NCBI GenBank assembly: GCA_963796965.1
Contig: CAWCNS010000005.1
Location: 800,001 to 864,000 of the forward strand
DNA: 64,000 nucleotides
Direction: 5' to 3'
DNA from: Calditrichia bacterium
GTDB taxonomy: Bacteria > Calditrichota > Calditrichia > JAJRVZ01
Program-made: the position numbers and the translations under genes
Shown: one piece after another, positions 9,923 through 20,288 of the stretch
Layout of the letters: each line of letters opens with the position of its first letter
Position numbering within the stretch: the stretch's first letter is position 1
Notes under the pieces: generated by a model
What the model saw: the letters and a program-made list of their open reading frames with translations, nothing else
What the model was told of the DNA's origin: nothing
Databases searched by the model: none

Positions 9923-12804
9923 TTTAAATAATTATCATATCCTGTTTTATCCCGGGATGTAAAAACAGTTAAACCCTCTATATCAGGTTTTGGACCACCA
10001 CCTATCAGACTGATAAGGTATCCGGAAATAAAACAGGTAGAAACGCCGACGAAGGCATATAAATATACATGCGTATCTGTATAGGCTTGAACGAGGTACA
10101 GCACAATGGCACCGATGATTGCCCCCATGACCGCTCCTCTGCCCGTCGCTTTTTTTGTAAACATACCCAGCAAGAATAATCCGCCCAAGGAACCCCCAAA
10201 CAAACCGATAAAAGCAAAAAACTGATCAAGTAAGGATTTTATATCGGCAGATGCCAGGAGAAGGGCGAAACTTGTCCCTAAAACACCAATTAAAAAAGTA
10301 AACAGCCGGCCTAATTGTAAAAGTTTTTTTTCGGAACAACCGGGAGAATAGGGTTTTACAAAGTCGGTTACCGCTGCTGTTGCTGTGCTGTTCATACTGG
10401 TTGAGATGGTTGATTGGGCAGCAGCAAAAATACCAGCGACAATCAAACCAGCAACCCCGACCGGCAACTCCTGGATGATAAACAAAGGCATGATGGCATC
10501 GTTCTTTATCAGCGGGTCCAGATGAGCGGGATGTGTTTTATAAAAGACATACAAACCCGTACCCAATCCAAAAAACAACAACCCGGAAAACAGAGCGAGG
10601 ATGCCATTGGACCAGATGGAACGGGCAGCCAGTTTTTCGTTGGATGTGGTCATATAGCGCTGAACCACGGCCTGATCAGATGTGTAGGAAATCAGATTCT
10701 GAGCTAACGAACCCAAAATTAACACCCAGAAGGCAGGTGCGGCATAACTGCTCAAATCCCAGTCCCAGTTGATCATATGGAATTTATTATCGGCCCATGC
10801 TGTACTAAAGAAGGCCGCGACACCACCATCGATGCTAAAGATGGTTATCAGCAGGATCAGGGTAGCACCCCCCAAGAGGACAAAAGTCTGAACGGTATCA
10901 GTCCAGATAACCGCTTCCACCCCGCCCATAGTGCTGTAAATAACACTTAATACACCCATCACCAGAATGGCCTGTATTTCTGTAAAGGGGGTGATGGCGG
11001 CAAGAGCCAACGCCGAAAGGAACATGACAATGGCCATTCGTCCAATCTGGAAGAAAATGAACAGAGCACTACCAATCAATCGTGTTGCCCTGTTGAATCG
11101 TTTTTCCAGATATTCATAAGCAGAAGTGGCATCAATGCGGCGAAAGAAGGGCAAAACGAGGTAAATAACAAAAGCCGCCATGACAAAGATGGCCGGATAG
11201 CCTAGTAAGTATTCCCAGTTTGCAGCAAAGGCTTTCGCCGGAACAGACATATAGGTAATGGAGCTCAGCATGGTGGCAAAAATACTGCAGCCAGCCGCCC
11301 ACCAGGGTATCCGCTGGCCGCCCCGAAAATAATCATTTGTATCCTTATTCCGACGGGCAAAGTAGAAGCCTATGCCCAGCATTGATAGAAGGTAGACGCT
11401 GAGGACCGTAAAATTGAGCCAGCCAAATGACCGCGGAATAATCGGCAGGTTTACCCTCCAAATCCGATCCGTGCGGACACGTGGTTTTATCTCTCCACTG
11501 GGAATGATGAGTCCATCCTTATGGGGGATAGCCAGGGTCGTTACATGATTGAGAGGAGATTCTCCGGCATTTATCCAGGTATCGGTAATGGTATGATAGG
11601 CCCAGGATGTTTTTGGAAATCCAGGGTGATTTTCTTTTAAGACTTATCGGTCTGATGGACAAGTGATCCGTCCGCGCCACCCAGGATGAAAAGATGGCTT
11701 TGCCCCATCGCCCCCCCCGGTCCGGCCATCACACATACTGGTACATCGGCCCGCCGGCGCCAGGGTTGGGAACCGTTTTCAAATAGTGAGGGATTAAATT
11801 CATAGACATCCGTTAAAAAGTCATAGCTATCCGGATTGGACAAATCACTGAGTTTGCGGCCACTAAGAACATAGATACAATTATCTATCCCATTATGTTG
11901 AGCAACGGTGATATTAAAAGCACGTGCAGGACCCGGCCAGGGGGGTAATTCCTGCCATTGGAAAGAGCCCCAATATTTTTTTCTGATCTTGCGCACCAAT
12001 TGGATCTTCGTCAGATCATTATTATATGTTATCTTTAATTCCGAGGCAATCTTCGTCAAAAGGGATCGATCCATATCCGGTAAAAAAGACATTAATGAAT
12101 CACTTTTCTGCAATGCAGTTATTAGGGAAGATCGGTTAGCGCCGGCGTTTATTGATATTCCTCTCCGGGAAATCATTGCTTTTAAATAATCGATGGTCAA
12201 TGATTCATAGACTGGAAGCTGGTCCAGATTTAACATCCAGAAATTAGTCTGGGCAGTTTCAAGTCCGGCAGCAGATTGCCCACCGGCAAGATAGACTTTA
12301 TTGTTCAGGATAGTAGCATATCCATGGGCACAGGATTGTGGTAAAGGAGGTAAGTGCTGTTTTCTGATTTGACGATTTTCCTGATCCCACTTGAGAAGAA
12401 ATACAGAATCATAGAACTGATTGGCATCCCTTCCTCCCATGCAAAGTACACCGAATTCCGTATTGACAGCAGCGCCATAGGCAAAATACCGGTCCAACGT
12501 AAAATCCTGGATCCAGGATCGGGTATCGGGAGAACTGAGATTTTCTAATACATATATCCGATCATGATATTCTTTATTGGTGTTCCAGACAGGCTTTGGA
12601 AAATTAGCACCCCCGGCAACAATCAGGGCATCGTTATGAATGCCGGCAAAGGGCCCGGCCACACCCAATTGGCTATCCTCTCCTACCAGCGGGGATAAGG
12701 CAGGTAGGGATTCCCACTGTAAATGGGGTTTTTCACCCCCAAACAGAGGGATAGCAATGAAAGAGAAACAGAAGTACTATGATACATCTTTGATTTATTA
12801 TCAT
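9904..12804 (-). CDS. Fusion of NanM-like kelch mutarotase domain and sodium:solute (sialic acid-type) symporter; frame breaks near 12760 and 11640
   Basis: Signal peptide MIINQRCIIVLL from ATG 12804; kelch 'GVAGPFAG..LIVAGGANFP'; the bridging frame reads 'ENHPGFPK..YHTITDTW..PSGEIKPRVRT..FGWLNFTVL' directly into the SSS domain 'YFRGGQRIPWW..ATMLSSITYM'. Confidence 0.85.
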
Positions 12805-12829
12805 TTAATCTGTTATTTCATATTTTTTT

Positions 12830-12935
12830 TGTCCACGAATTCTCTAACGTTAATTTTCACTGATTAAAAATATTATATCTGATTATTTATATATTTTAAT
12901 GCCAAATTCGTGTTAATTCGTGAAATTCGTGGACA
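12830..12935. repeat. Inverted repeat of the CACGAATT family
   Basis: TGTCCACGAATT (12830-12841) versus AATTCGTG x3 ending AATTCGTGGACA (12924-12935). Confidence 0.7.
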
Positions 12936-12960
12936 TATTTTTTTATCAGACAAGTCAGGT

Positions 12961-13866
12961 TTACCTGGCCCAGTCAAAAAAGCCTATATCCTCAAGATCT
13001 TTCTGCAATGCACTTATTTCCTGTTCGGATAGATTATCATGGGGCAGGCGGTTCGGACCGCATTCCGCGCCAATCATCTTCATCACCGCCTTAAATGCCG
13101 GCTGGGCACCGTATTTGACCATGGTGCGGATCATTTTAATGGCGCGGGCCTGAAATTCTCGCGCTTTTTTTATATCGTTAGTATCAAAGGCGTCAATTAT
13201 TTTATTATACAAAGGTGCCGCAAAATTAAAGGTACTCCCTACTGCTGCCTTGGCTCCGGCGATTAAACCATAAAGAAGCTGCTCATCACAGCCATAAAAG
13301 ATCTCGTATTTCCCCTCCTGATATTCCACACATTCCTGCAGTCCAAAAACAGTCATCGCCGTATACTTAATACCTCTGATCGTGGGAATCTGTGTAGAAG
13401 CGTGGATCAAGAATTCATACATATCTAAATCAACATGTGTCAATTTGGGAATATGATAATAGTAAAAGGGAAGATTGGGCGCACTGTCGGCAATCCGGGC
13501 CATACAATCGACAAGCACCTCCACCGAGCCAATGTCAAAATAATTGGGCGGTATGGCAGCAACAGCATCAGCGCCGGCTGACTGGGCATGGTCAGCCAGA
13601 TCCGCCGCGTCATGTAAGGCCTGATGCCCCACCTGAACAATAATGGGAATCCGGCCATTAACAGTCTTAATAAATTCTTCCGTTACTAATTTGCGTTCTT
13701 CGGTAGTAAGCATCGGCCCCTCTCCCGTGCTGCCACAGACATAAAAAGCACAGGCCTTTTCTTTGATCAATTGTTCAGTAAGTCGTGCGATTTTATCCAA
13801 CGCCAAGGATTGATCGTCATTCATAGGGGTAAAAACAGCAGGAATAAGTCCTTTTAAACGCTCCAT
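12961..13866 (-). CDS. nanA: N-acetylneuraminate lyase (DHDPS family)
   Basis: 'GLIPAVFTP', 'CGSTGEG', 'YYYHIP', 'GIKYT', 'GSTFN'; adjacent to sialic acid transporter and esterase genes. Confidence 0.8.
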   Translation of the reverse strand: MERLKGLIPAVFTPMNDDQSLALDKIARLTEQLIKEKACAFYVCGSTGEGPMLTTEERKLVTEEFIKTVNGRIPIIVQVGHQALHDAADLADHAQSAGADAVAAIPPNYFDIGSVEVLVDCMARIADSAPNLPFYYYHIPKLTHVDLDMYEFLIHASTQIPTIRGIKYTAMTVFGLQECVEYQEGKYEIFYGCDEQLLYGLIAGAKAAVGSTFNFAAPLYNKIIDAFDTNDIKKAREFQARAIKMIRTMVKYGAQPAFKAVMKMIGAECGPNRLPHDNLSEQEISALQKDLEDIGFFDWAR

Positions 13867-14082
13867 TCTTATCCTTCAATTTTAAGGGTTATAAAGACTC
13901 AGCACAGGAATCTTTTATCAATATTTTTTCTGGATTATGTTTCGAAGAGTTTTGCTAATACACCATTTTCTTACAAGCAAATAAAGAAATAAATTTATTG
14001 CATCGCAATTTGCTTGCCGTGTCCGCCTATTCTCACCTTGAATACGCGCCTACCTGAGGAATGGTGTACCTGTAAAAAAAAT

Positions 14083-14132
14083 GTAGAGACGTCGTCCCTC
14101 GAAAACCAGGTTTTCAACCGGTGGGACGTCTC
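14083..14132. repeat. GTAG-type REP-like hairpin
   Basis: GTAGAGACGTC...GACGTCTC inverted arms. Confidence 0.45.
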
Positions 14133-14637
14133 CTTATTAATTTATAGATAATGATCATAAATTTACATTATTTACCTAAAAGATTAAACAAATTTTTGGG
14201 ATAGTTCTTGCGTATAATGTCTGTACTACCAAACTACCAGAATTTTTGCTGATTCAACACAAATAAGGGTATATAGTAAATAAGGTTCCCTATTACTACG
14301 CAAAAGGCGTTTGTATCACTATAATAATATTCTTCAAACCGTATACTCCGTTTGCTGTAAATCGAACTTCGGTACCGGTATGTGGAAGATGATGTGTTTG
14401 TATATATTGTTTCAAATAATGGTGATGTGTCTGCTATTGATCAAAGTGGCATTATTTTAAGAACTATTTTTAAATAAATAAATTCTTTAAAACTGACGAT
14501 CCCCTCTGAAAGCATCGTGGAATTTTGCCAGTTTTATTTCGACACTAATGTCAAAACAGAATTCCATTTAATTACCTCTCCTCTCACCTTTTCCTACTCA
14601 AACAACCCACTTACATGAACAATATAACCGACAATTT

Positions 14638-14677
14638 GCAATTTATATTTGACTTTATGCAATATATATATTACTAT
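14638..14677 (+). promoter_or_regulatory. sigma70 promoter with two overlapping candidate XRE operators
   Basis: TTGACT (14649-14654), 17-nt spacer, TACTAT (14672-14677); imperfect palindromes GCAATTTATATTTGAC and GCAATATATATATTAC. Confidence 0.6.
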
Positions 14678-14683
14678 TATGCC

Positions 14684-14881
14684 ATGGAAAACATGAAATT
14701 AAAAATTGCCCGTGTTGAGAATGGTCTTTCTCAACAAGATCTTGCTGATCAGGTTGGTGCCACCCGGCAAACCATTGGATTGATTGAAAAAGGTAAATAC
14801 AATCCAACGCTTAATTTATGCACAAAGATTGCAAAAACTTTAAACAAAACATTGGATGATCTTTTTTGGGAGGAAAGATGA
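14684..14881 (+). CDS. XRE/Cro-family HTH transcriptional regulator
   Basis: 'LKIARVENGLSQQDLA..GATRQTIGLIEKGKYNPTL'; start moved to ATG 14684. Confidence 0.9.
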   Translation: MENMKLKIARVENGLSQQDLADQVGATRQTIGLIEKGKYNPTLNLCTKIAKTLNKTLDDLFWEER

Positions 14882-15360
14882 CTAATAAAAAACCGATTTT
14901 CAATATGGATGAACGAAATAAACAGATCGCCTATCAGGTCATTGCTGTTATGTATTTTCTGACGATTATTGCCATGCAGGCAGTTGTCATCTATCGACAA
15001 TTTGCCCTGGGACAGGCGCTTAGTGATTTTGAGGATTTTGCTATCATTATGACAGTTAATTCTTTGTTTTTAATTTGCGCCCTCCTTTATTTTGGTGCAA
15101 TCCCCATTCAAAAGATAAAGATTAAAAGTATTTTATTCGGGTATGGTGCAATAATCGTATTAGGAAGCGTATTCACTTACACCAAATATAATATATTTCA
15201 AAGTCCAGGCTTATCCTTTTCGCAATTGCTTGATAAACTCATCATCATTTTCTCAGTAAGCGGGATTATTGTACTATTTTTCGTACTCTTTTCATTTCTA
15301 GGAAAAAGAAAATTAGATAAAGAATTGGAAGATCGGTCGCAATCTGATGGATTTGAATAA
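14878..15360 (+). CDS. Four-TM membrane protein (DUF6773-like), coupled to the XRE gene
   Basis: ATGA overlap with the regulator; 'MDER' motif followed by hydrophobic helices. Confidence 0.65.
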   Translation: MTNKKPIFNMDERNKQIAYQVIAVMYFLTIIAMQAVVIYRQFALGQALSDFEDFAIIMTVNSLFLICALLYFGAIPIQKIKIKSILFGYGAIIVLGSVFTYTKYNIFQSPGLSFSQLLDKLIIIFSVSGIIVLFFVLFSFLGKRKLDKELEDRSQSDGFE

Positions 15361-15450
15361 TTGTGTGGTTTATTTGTATTTAGATATAATGAATCTAATA
15401 TTTTATTAAGCGTTTTTCTTTTTCCAGAAAACAAATGAAAGGGTTCTAAT

Positions 15451-16137
15451 ATGTCTCTCTACTTATATGAGCAGATCATGCTCCTGGCGCTGCGAGATAA
15501 AGAAGGTACGGTAAATCCAATGTCTCACTATCAGTTTGCCCTGGCTGGTGCAATCTTAGCAGATCTTTTATTGCATAAATTTGTACATATTGACAGAAGT
15601 AAGAGAAGGAAAATAGTTGAATTGGATAATTTCCAAATCTGTGGAGATAATATAATTGATGAGTGTCTAAGTAAACTTAAGAATGCCAATAGACGAGCAT
15701 CGATTGAGACCTGGATCCGTCGGTTTAGCTCTTTGAGGGACCTAAAACACCGTGTTGCCAGACAATTATGTGCGAAAGGAATTTTAAGAGCCGACGAGGA
15801 TACGATTCTATTAATATTCAGAAGGCGTATATACCCTGAACTTAATCCCGAACCAGAAAATAAAATTATCGATAAGATTCGTATGGCTATTATTGCTACT
15901 GACGAACATATAGATACAGAGGCAATAATTGTATTATCAATTGCAAAAAGCACAAATTTGATGAGTTCTATCCTCACTAGATCTGAGCAAAAGGAATATA
16001 AAGCAAGAATTAAGCATTTAATTAATGGTGAAATAACTGGCCAGGCGACAAAGGAGGCCGTCGAAGCCATGCAGGCAGCCGTGATAGTAGCCAGTATTAT
16101 GCCTGCCATTATCGCCTCGACAACCACCAGCACATAA
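15451..16137 (+). CDS. GPP34/GOLPH3 (Vps74) family protein
   Basis: 'LYEQIMLLALRDKEG', 'ALAGAILADLLL', 'L..KGIL....ILLIF....YP'. Confidence 0.8.
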   Translation: MSLYLYEQIMLLALRDKEGTVNPMSHYQFALAGAILADLLLHKFVHIDRSKRRKIVELDNFQICGDNIIDECLSKLKNANRRASIETWIRRFSSLRDLKHRVARQLCAKGILRADEDTILLIFRRRIYPELNPEPENKIIDKIRMAIIATDEHIDTEAIIVLSIAKSTNLMSSILTRSEQKEYKARIKHLINGEITGQATKEAVEAMQAAVIVASIMPAIIASTTTST

Positions 16138-16178
16138 TATTATAAATAAGTGTTAAATTCTTATTATTAGGAAAAGTT

Positions 16179-16550
16179 TTGACACCTCAGTTAACTATCA
16201 AAGACAACTACATTCTCATAAAATACAATGGAACTATCACCTTAGATCATATTCTCTTTGTCATTACTGAGGTTGAGAAAATTGAGAACCAACTTGATTA
16301 CAAGATTCACAGGCTTCATGATATGCGTGATAGCAATAATGCAGATATTAACTATGATAAAATGAGCGTTATCGTCAATAAGCGCAAACAGAACCTAGAA
16401 AAAATTCAGGGAACACGTGCAGCATTTGTCGTTACAGGACAATTACATTTTGGACTTTCAAGAATGTATCAAACAATGATGTCCGACATCGATCATGGTG
16501 TAGGGTTATTCTTTTCCAAAGAGGAGGCTACAAAGTGGCTTGCCTTATGA
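16179..16550 (+). CDS. Hypothetical protein (SpoIIAA/STAS-like fold)
   Basis: 'AAFVV...HFGLSRMYQ', 'FFSKEEATKWL' pattern; TTG start after AGGA. Confidence 0.55.
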   Translation: MTPQLTIKDNYILIKYNGTITLDHILFVITEVEKIENQLDYKIHRLHDMRDSNNADINYDKMSVIVNKRKQNLEKIQGTRAAFVVTGQLHFGLSRMYQTMMSDIDHGVGLFFSKEEATKWLAL

Positions 16551-16655
16551 TATGATTTAATACTGGAATTATTAAACTAAAATGTACATTTTACGTTAAA
16601 GACTATATCTAAACAGAGACGTAAATCACTTTAAAGATATAAAAGTGGATAGCAT

Positions 16656-17120
16656 ATGACCAGATCAATAAATGCATATATAATTTTATCATTTTTAATT
16701 TTTTTCAATAATTCTTGTGTGGAGGATCCAGGTCAATCCAATGGCGTCATTACTTTTATCTCTTCTCAGTCTTATGGATGTATCCAGGAAATACCCTTTG
16801 ATCAGATTTCAGATGAAGGAGTTCTCACCTGGCAGTGGGAACGGGGAACTCTTGGTCTTTTTGTACACGTGGATACGCATTGTGAGACAAATATGATCGA
16901 TAGCGTAAATGTCAAAGAAGACCTCATCACAATAATGCTTGAAGATACAGCCTCAGTGGAATCTAATTGCGCCTGCAAATTCAGAGAAACTTATTACTTT
17001 CGGGTTGACGCGTTTAATGAAGTTAAGGTTAAATGTCTTTTTAAATCCATAAGATCTGAATCATTTCTTCTGGTCATAGACCGTACCTTAATCTTGGAAG
17101 TAGAAAATACCGGTTTTTAA
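16656..17120 (+). CDS. Hypothetical lipoprotein
   Basis: Hydrophobic N-terminus with 'NNSC' lipobox-like site; Cys-rich 'NCACK'. Confidence 0.55.
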   Translation: MTRSINAYIILSFLIFFNNSCVEDPGQSNGVITFISSQSYGCIQEIPFDQISDEGVLTWQWERGTLGLFVHVDTHCETNMIDSVNVKEDLITIMLEDTASVESNCACKFRETYYFRVDAFNEVKVKCLFKSIRSESFLLVIDRTLILEVENTGF

Positions 17121-17397
17121 TTTACTTTTTAAATACGGACCTGTACAGAAAAGATATTCCCAATTAGAAAGATATCTACCCATGAGTTTGTTGATCTCCG
17201 GTTGGAATTTTTTGATAAATTAAAATTACTAACTATTGTAAATTTGAACTATCGACTTTTGTCAGGACTAGTTGTTTATTAAGTAGTGATACTTTTTTGC
17301 ATTATATAAGAATTATATTTTATATTTTCCCACCATATATGTTAATACCCTATATAATTAATTATTCACATCACATCGTTTTAATAAAGGAGAAAAG

Positions 17398-17802
17398 ATG
17401 AAAACTATTTTCTTAATTGCTGCAATTTTGTCTCTGAGTTTACTTATCTCTTGCTCAAGCCAACCAAAGCTTATGCAAGCTGTAATCGAACCTGAATTAG
17501 CATCACCCGGTGCTTCAGCCAATGTACAAGTTGAATTTTCAGGCAATAAGAGTGAAATGAAAAATGTATATTTAACGGTACGTGAATACCCTTATGATTA
17601 TCCAATGATTGAGTTACTTCCAAATGACAAAAGTGACTCAAATTCATGGTCATTAGACATGCCGATCCCCTACGAGGCCTATCCAGGTGAATATCACTTA
17701 GATATAAATGCATTCCTGCAGGATGGCAAAGAGATTATCACAGAAGGATTTGAAGATAATAGTACCGGAAAAGCGGGTACCATTCTGCTGAAGGTAAAAT
17801 AG
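17398..17802 (+). CDS. Hypothetical lipoprotein
   Basis: AGGAG RBS, lipobox 'LISC'. Confidence 0.7.
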   Translation: MKTIFLIAAILSLSLLISCSSQPKLMQAVIEPELASPGASANVQVEFSGNKSEMKNVYLTVREYPYDYPMIELLPNDKSDSNSWSLDMPIPYEAYPGEYHLDINAFLQDGKEIITEGFEDNSTGKAGTILLKVK

Positions 17803-17811
17803 ACCATCTTA

Positions 17812-19383
17812 ATGAAAAATACGCAACCAGTCGTTCTCATATTTATATTTATAATTTCATTTCTTAGTTGCACGTCCACCAAAGTAATTCCTGTCTTTAA
17901 AGATACAGTGGACCGTCCCCAGGTTGAGCGCGAATTTCGCGCTGCCTGGGTTGCAAGTGTGGCAAATATCAACTGGCCCAGTGAACCCGGATTAAGTACA
18001 GAAGAGCAGCAACAAGAAGCCCTATTTCTGCTTGATTTACTAAAATATCATAACTTCAATGCCGTCATTCTTCAGGTTCGTCCCCAATGTGATGCTTTAT
18101 ATCAAAGCAAGTTGGAGCCCTGGTCCTATTACTTAAGTGGTAAACAGGGTGAACCTCCAAATCCATTCTATGATCCACTCGAATTTTGGGTATATGAAGC
18201 ACATAAGCGGGGGTTAGAGTTACATGCTTGGTTAAACCCTTACCGTGCCCACCATAAAGCAGGCGGAGCGATATCAGACGTTTCTATCGTCAAGACCCGG
18301 CCGGATTTGGTTCTTGCCTTAAAATCCGGATATTGGTGGTTAGATCCCTCCAACCCGGGCACCCAGGATCATTCCCTGAATGTTGCTTTAGATATTGTAA
18401 AGCGGTATGACATAGACGGGCTCCATTTTGATGACTACTTTTATCCCTACCCTTCTTATCATGATGGTGAAGATTTCCCAGATGAAGAAAGTTGGCAAAA
18501 ATATCAGAATGAGGGGGGTACACTATCCCGCAATAATTGGCGCAGAGAAAGCGTAAATAAATTTATCAAACACTTATATCAAGCAATAAAAGATATTAAA
18601 CCTCATGTTAAGTTTGGCTTAAGCCCTTTTGGTATCTGGCGACCCTACCACCCCCCAACCATACGCGGATTCGACCAATATGATCAATTATATGCCGACG
18701 CACGTTTATGGCTAAACCAGGGATGGGTAGACTATTGGACACCACAACTCTACTGGCCGATTAGTCAGATTCCACAAAGTTTTCCGGTTTTACTCGGTTG
18801 GTGGATAGATGAAAATAAAATGGAGCGCCATATCTGGCCAGGAATAAACATCGGCAGGCCAAAGGGCCAGGAAGGAATCCTCGAAACATTCAATCAGATC
18901 ATGATTACCAGGGGTATGCTATCCGAGGCTCCTGGTTCCATACACTGGAGCATCGGACCACTTGTTTCTGATAGTGGCCTGGTTGAATCTCTTGTACAAG
19001 GCCCATACAAGGAACAAGCCAGAATCCCCTTTTCCCCCTGGTTAGATAACCAAAAACCAATTCCACCCACCGTTTTAACATCTATTCTAAATGATTCTTT
19101 GCATTTAACTTGGGAGACTAATGAGGTAGCATCAACCTCAAATTGGATACTCTATTACAGGTATGGTGAAAACTGGAATTATAAAATTTTGAGTAAGTAT
19201 GCCCAGAATTTTTCTTTGCCAATTTTGATAGAAGAGAAAAACCGTGCGCCCAAAAAAAATGAGAATGTAACAAAAAGTGGTGAATCCACCGCAACTTTCT
19301 TAAATGAAGTTGTTGTTACAAATGTGAATCGGTTTGGGAATGAGAGCAGTTGGGTCTCAAGTTGGCAATACCAAAATGAATAA
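17812..19383 (+). CDS. Glycosyl hydrolase-like 10 (YddW/DigH family) lipoprotein
   Basis: 'REFRAAWVASVANINWPS', 'ELHAWLNPYRA', 'DGLHFDDYFYPY'. Confidence 0.88.
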   Translation: MKNTQPVVLIFIFIISFLSCTSTKVIPVFKDTVDRPQVEREFRAAWVASVANINWPSEPGLSTEEQQQEALFLLDLLKYHNFNAVILQVRPQCDALYQSKLEPWSYYLSGKQGEPPNPFYDPLEFWVYEAHKRGLELHAWLNPYRAHHKAGGAISDVSIVKTRPDLVLALKSGYWWLDPSNPGTQDHSLNVALDIVKRYDIDGLHFDDYFYPYPSYHDGEDFPDEESWQKYQNEGGTLSRNNWRRESVNKFIKHLYQAIKDIKPHVKFGLSPFGIWRPYHPPTIRGFDQYDQLYADARLWLNQGWVDYWTPQLYWPISQIPQSFPVLLGWWIDENKMERHIWPGINIGRPKGQEGILETFNQIMITRGMLSEAPGSIHWSIGPLVSDSGLVESLVQGPYKEQARIPFSPWLDNQKPIPPTVLTSILNDSLHLTWETNEVASTSNWILYYRYGENWNYKILSKYAQNFSLPILIEEKNRAPKKNENVTKSGESTATFLNEVVVTNVNRFGNESSWVSSWQYQNE

Positions 19384-19522
19384 TACATGACCTTACCCTT
19401 ATTATTGGAATTTATTTGATATTTTATAAGATCTCATCGTAAACTTCTAATGATTCACAATATATAAAAATTTAATTCTCACAGTAAGATACTGATTTTC
19501 CATTTTTTTAAAAGAATTATTT

Positions 19523-20159
19523 ATGGCAACAGAGTATTCTGCGTTGGGATTAGTTCTCATTTGTATCCTTTCAATTTTCTCCATTTTAAGTTGTCAAACA
19601 GACAATAACTTAGAAGAGCTTTCACATTTAATGACAGGATCCTTTAGTAGTCAGGCGCAGGCCGCGCTGGATTCAAATTATTATAACATTCGTCTGGAGA
19701 TGGTTCCAATCTGGAGAGATAGAGACAATGGCAAATGGCTTTATGTTGAGCAAGCTGCCTCTTGGAGTCTGGACAAACCTTATCGTCAAAGAGTCTATCA
19801 ATTGATCGAGGGTGATGGTGGCATCATCCTTAGTGTGGTTTATTCAATTCCACAACCTCTTCGTTTTGCCGGCGCCTGGAAAAACAAAAATCCACTAAAG
19901 GAACTGACTCCGGATTCTCTTGAGGTACGTGAAGGTTGTGTCGTCATACTTAGAAAAACAGCATCATTTGAATATACAGGTAATACAAATAAAAATGATT
20001 GTCAGAGCTACGCTTAGAGGTGCCTCCTATGCAACCACAGAGGTGATTATAGATAAAGATAAAATAGTTAGCTGGGATCGTGGTTTCAATTCCGCAGATA
20101 CTCAGGTTTGGGGTGCAACCAAAGGTGGATATGTATTTAAGAGGATATCGAAAATGTAA
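19523..20159 (+). CDS. CpcT/CpeT chromophore lyase family lipoprotein; frame break near 20008
   Basis: 'WLYVEQA', 'KPYRQRVY', then in the next frame 'LRGASYATTEV..SWDRGF..QVWG..GGYVF'. Confidence 0.82.
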
Positions 20160-20288
20160 TATCTTGAGTCTTATAAAATATTTCCTTTGCGACTTTAAGC
20201 CTTTGCATGAGAATATATATACTATTTAGGCAATCAAAACTAATTAGAATATCGCATTAGCCAAATCAATCTTAATCGGGAGAAAACT

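Noticed and set aside
14340..14477. Short reading 'VEDDVFVYIVSNNGDVSAIDQSG' resembling a beta-propeller blade
   Set aside because: No start codon or continuous frame; at best a decayed remnant.
14492..14532. Hammerhead ribozyme-like core (CTGACGA...GAAA)
   Set aside because: The segment between the motifs (TCCCCTCT) cannot form stem II, and I could not find stems I and III.
15531..16133. Long antisense ORFs (also 28204-28674 and 43571-44056)
   Set aside because: They are shadows of well-supported genes on the opposite strand and have no recognisable motifs.
15451..16137. GOLPH3-like gene as a eukaryote-to-bacterium transfer
   Set aside because: GPP34-family proteins are already widespread in bacteria, and nothing here indicates a recent transfer.
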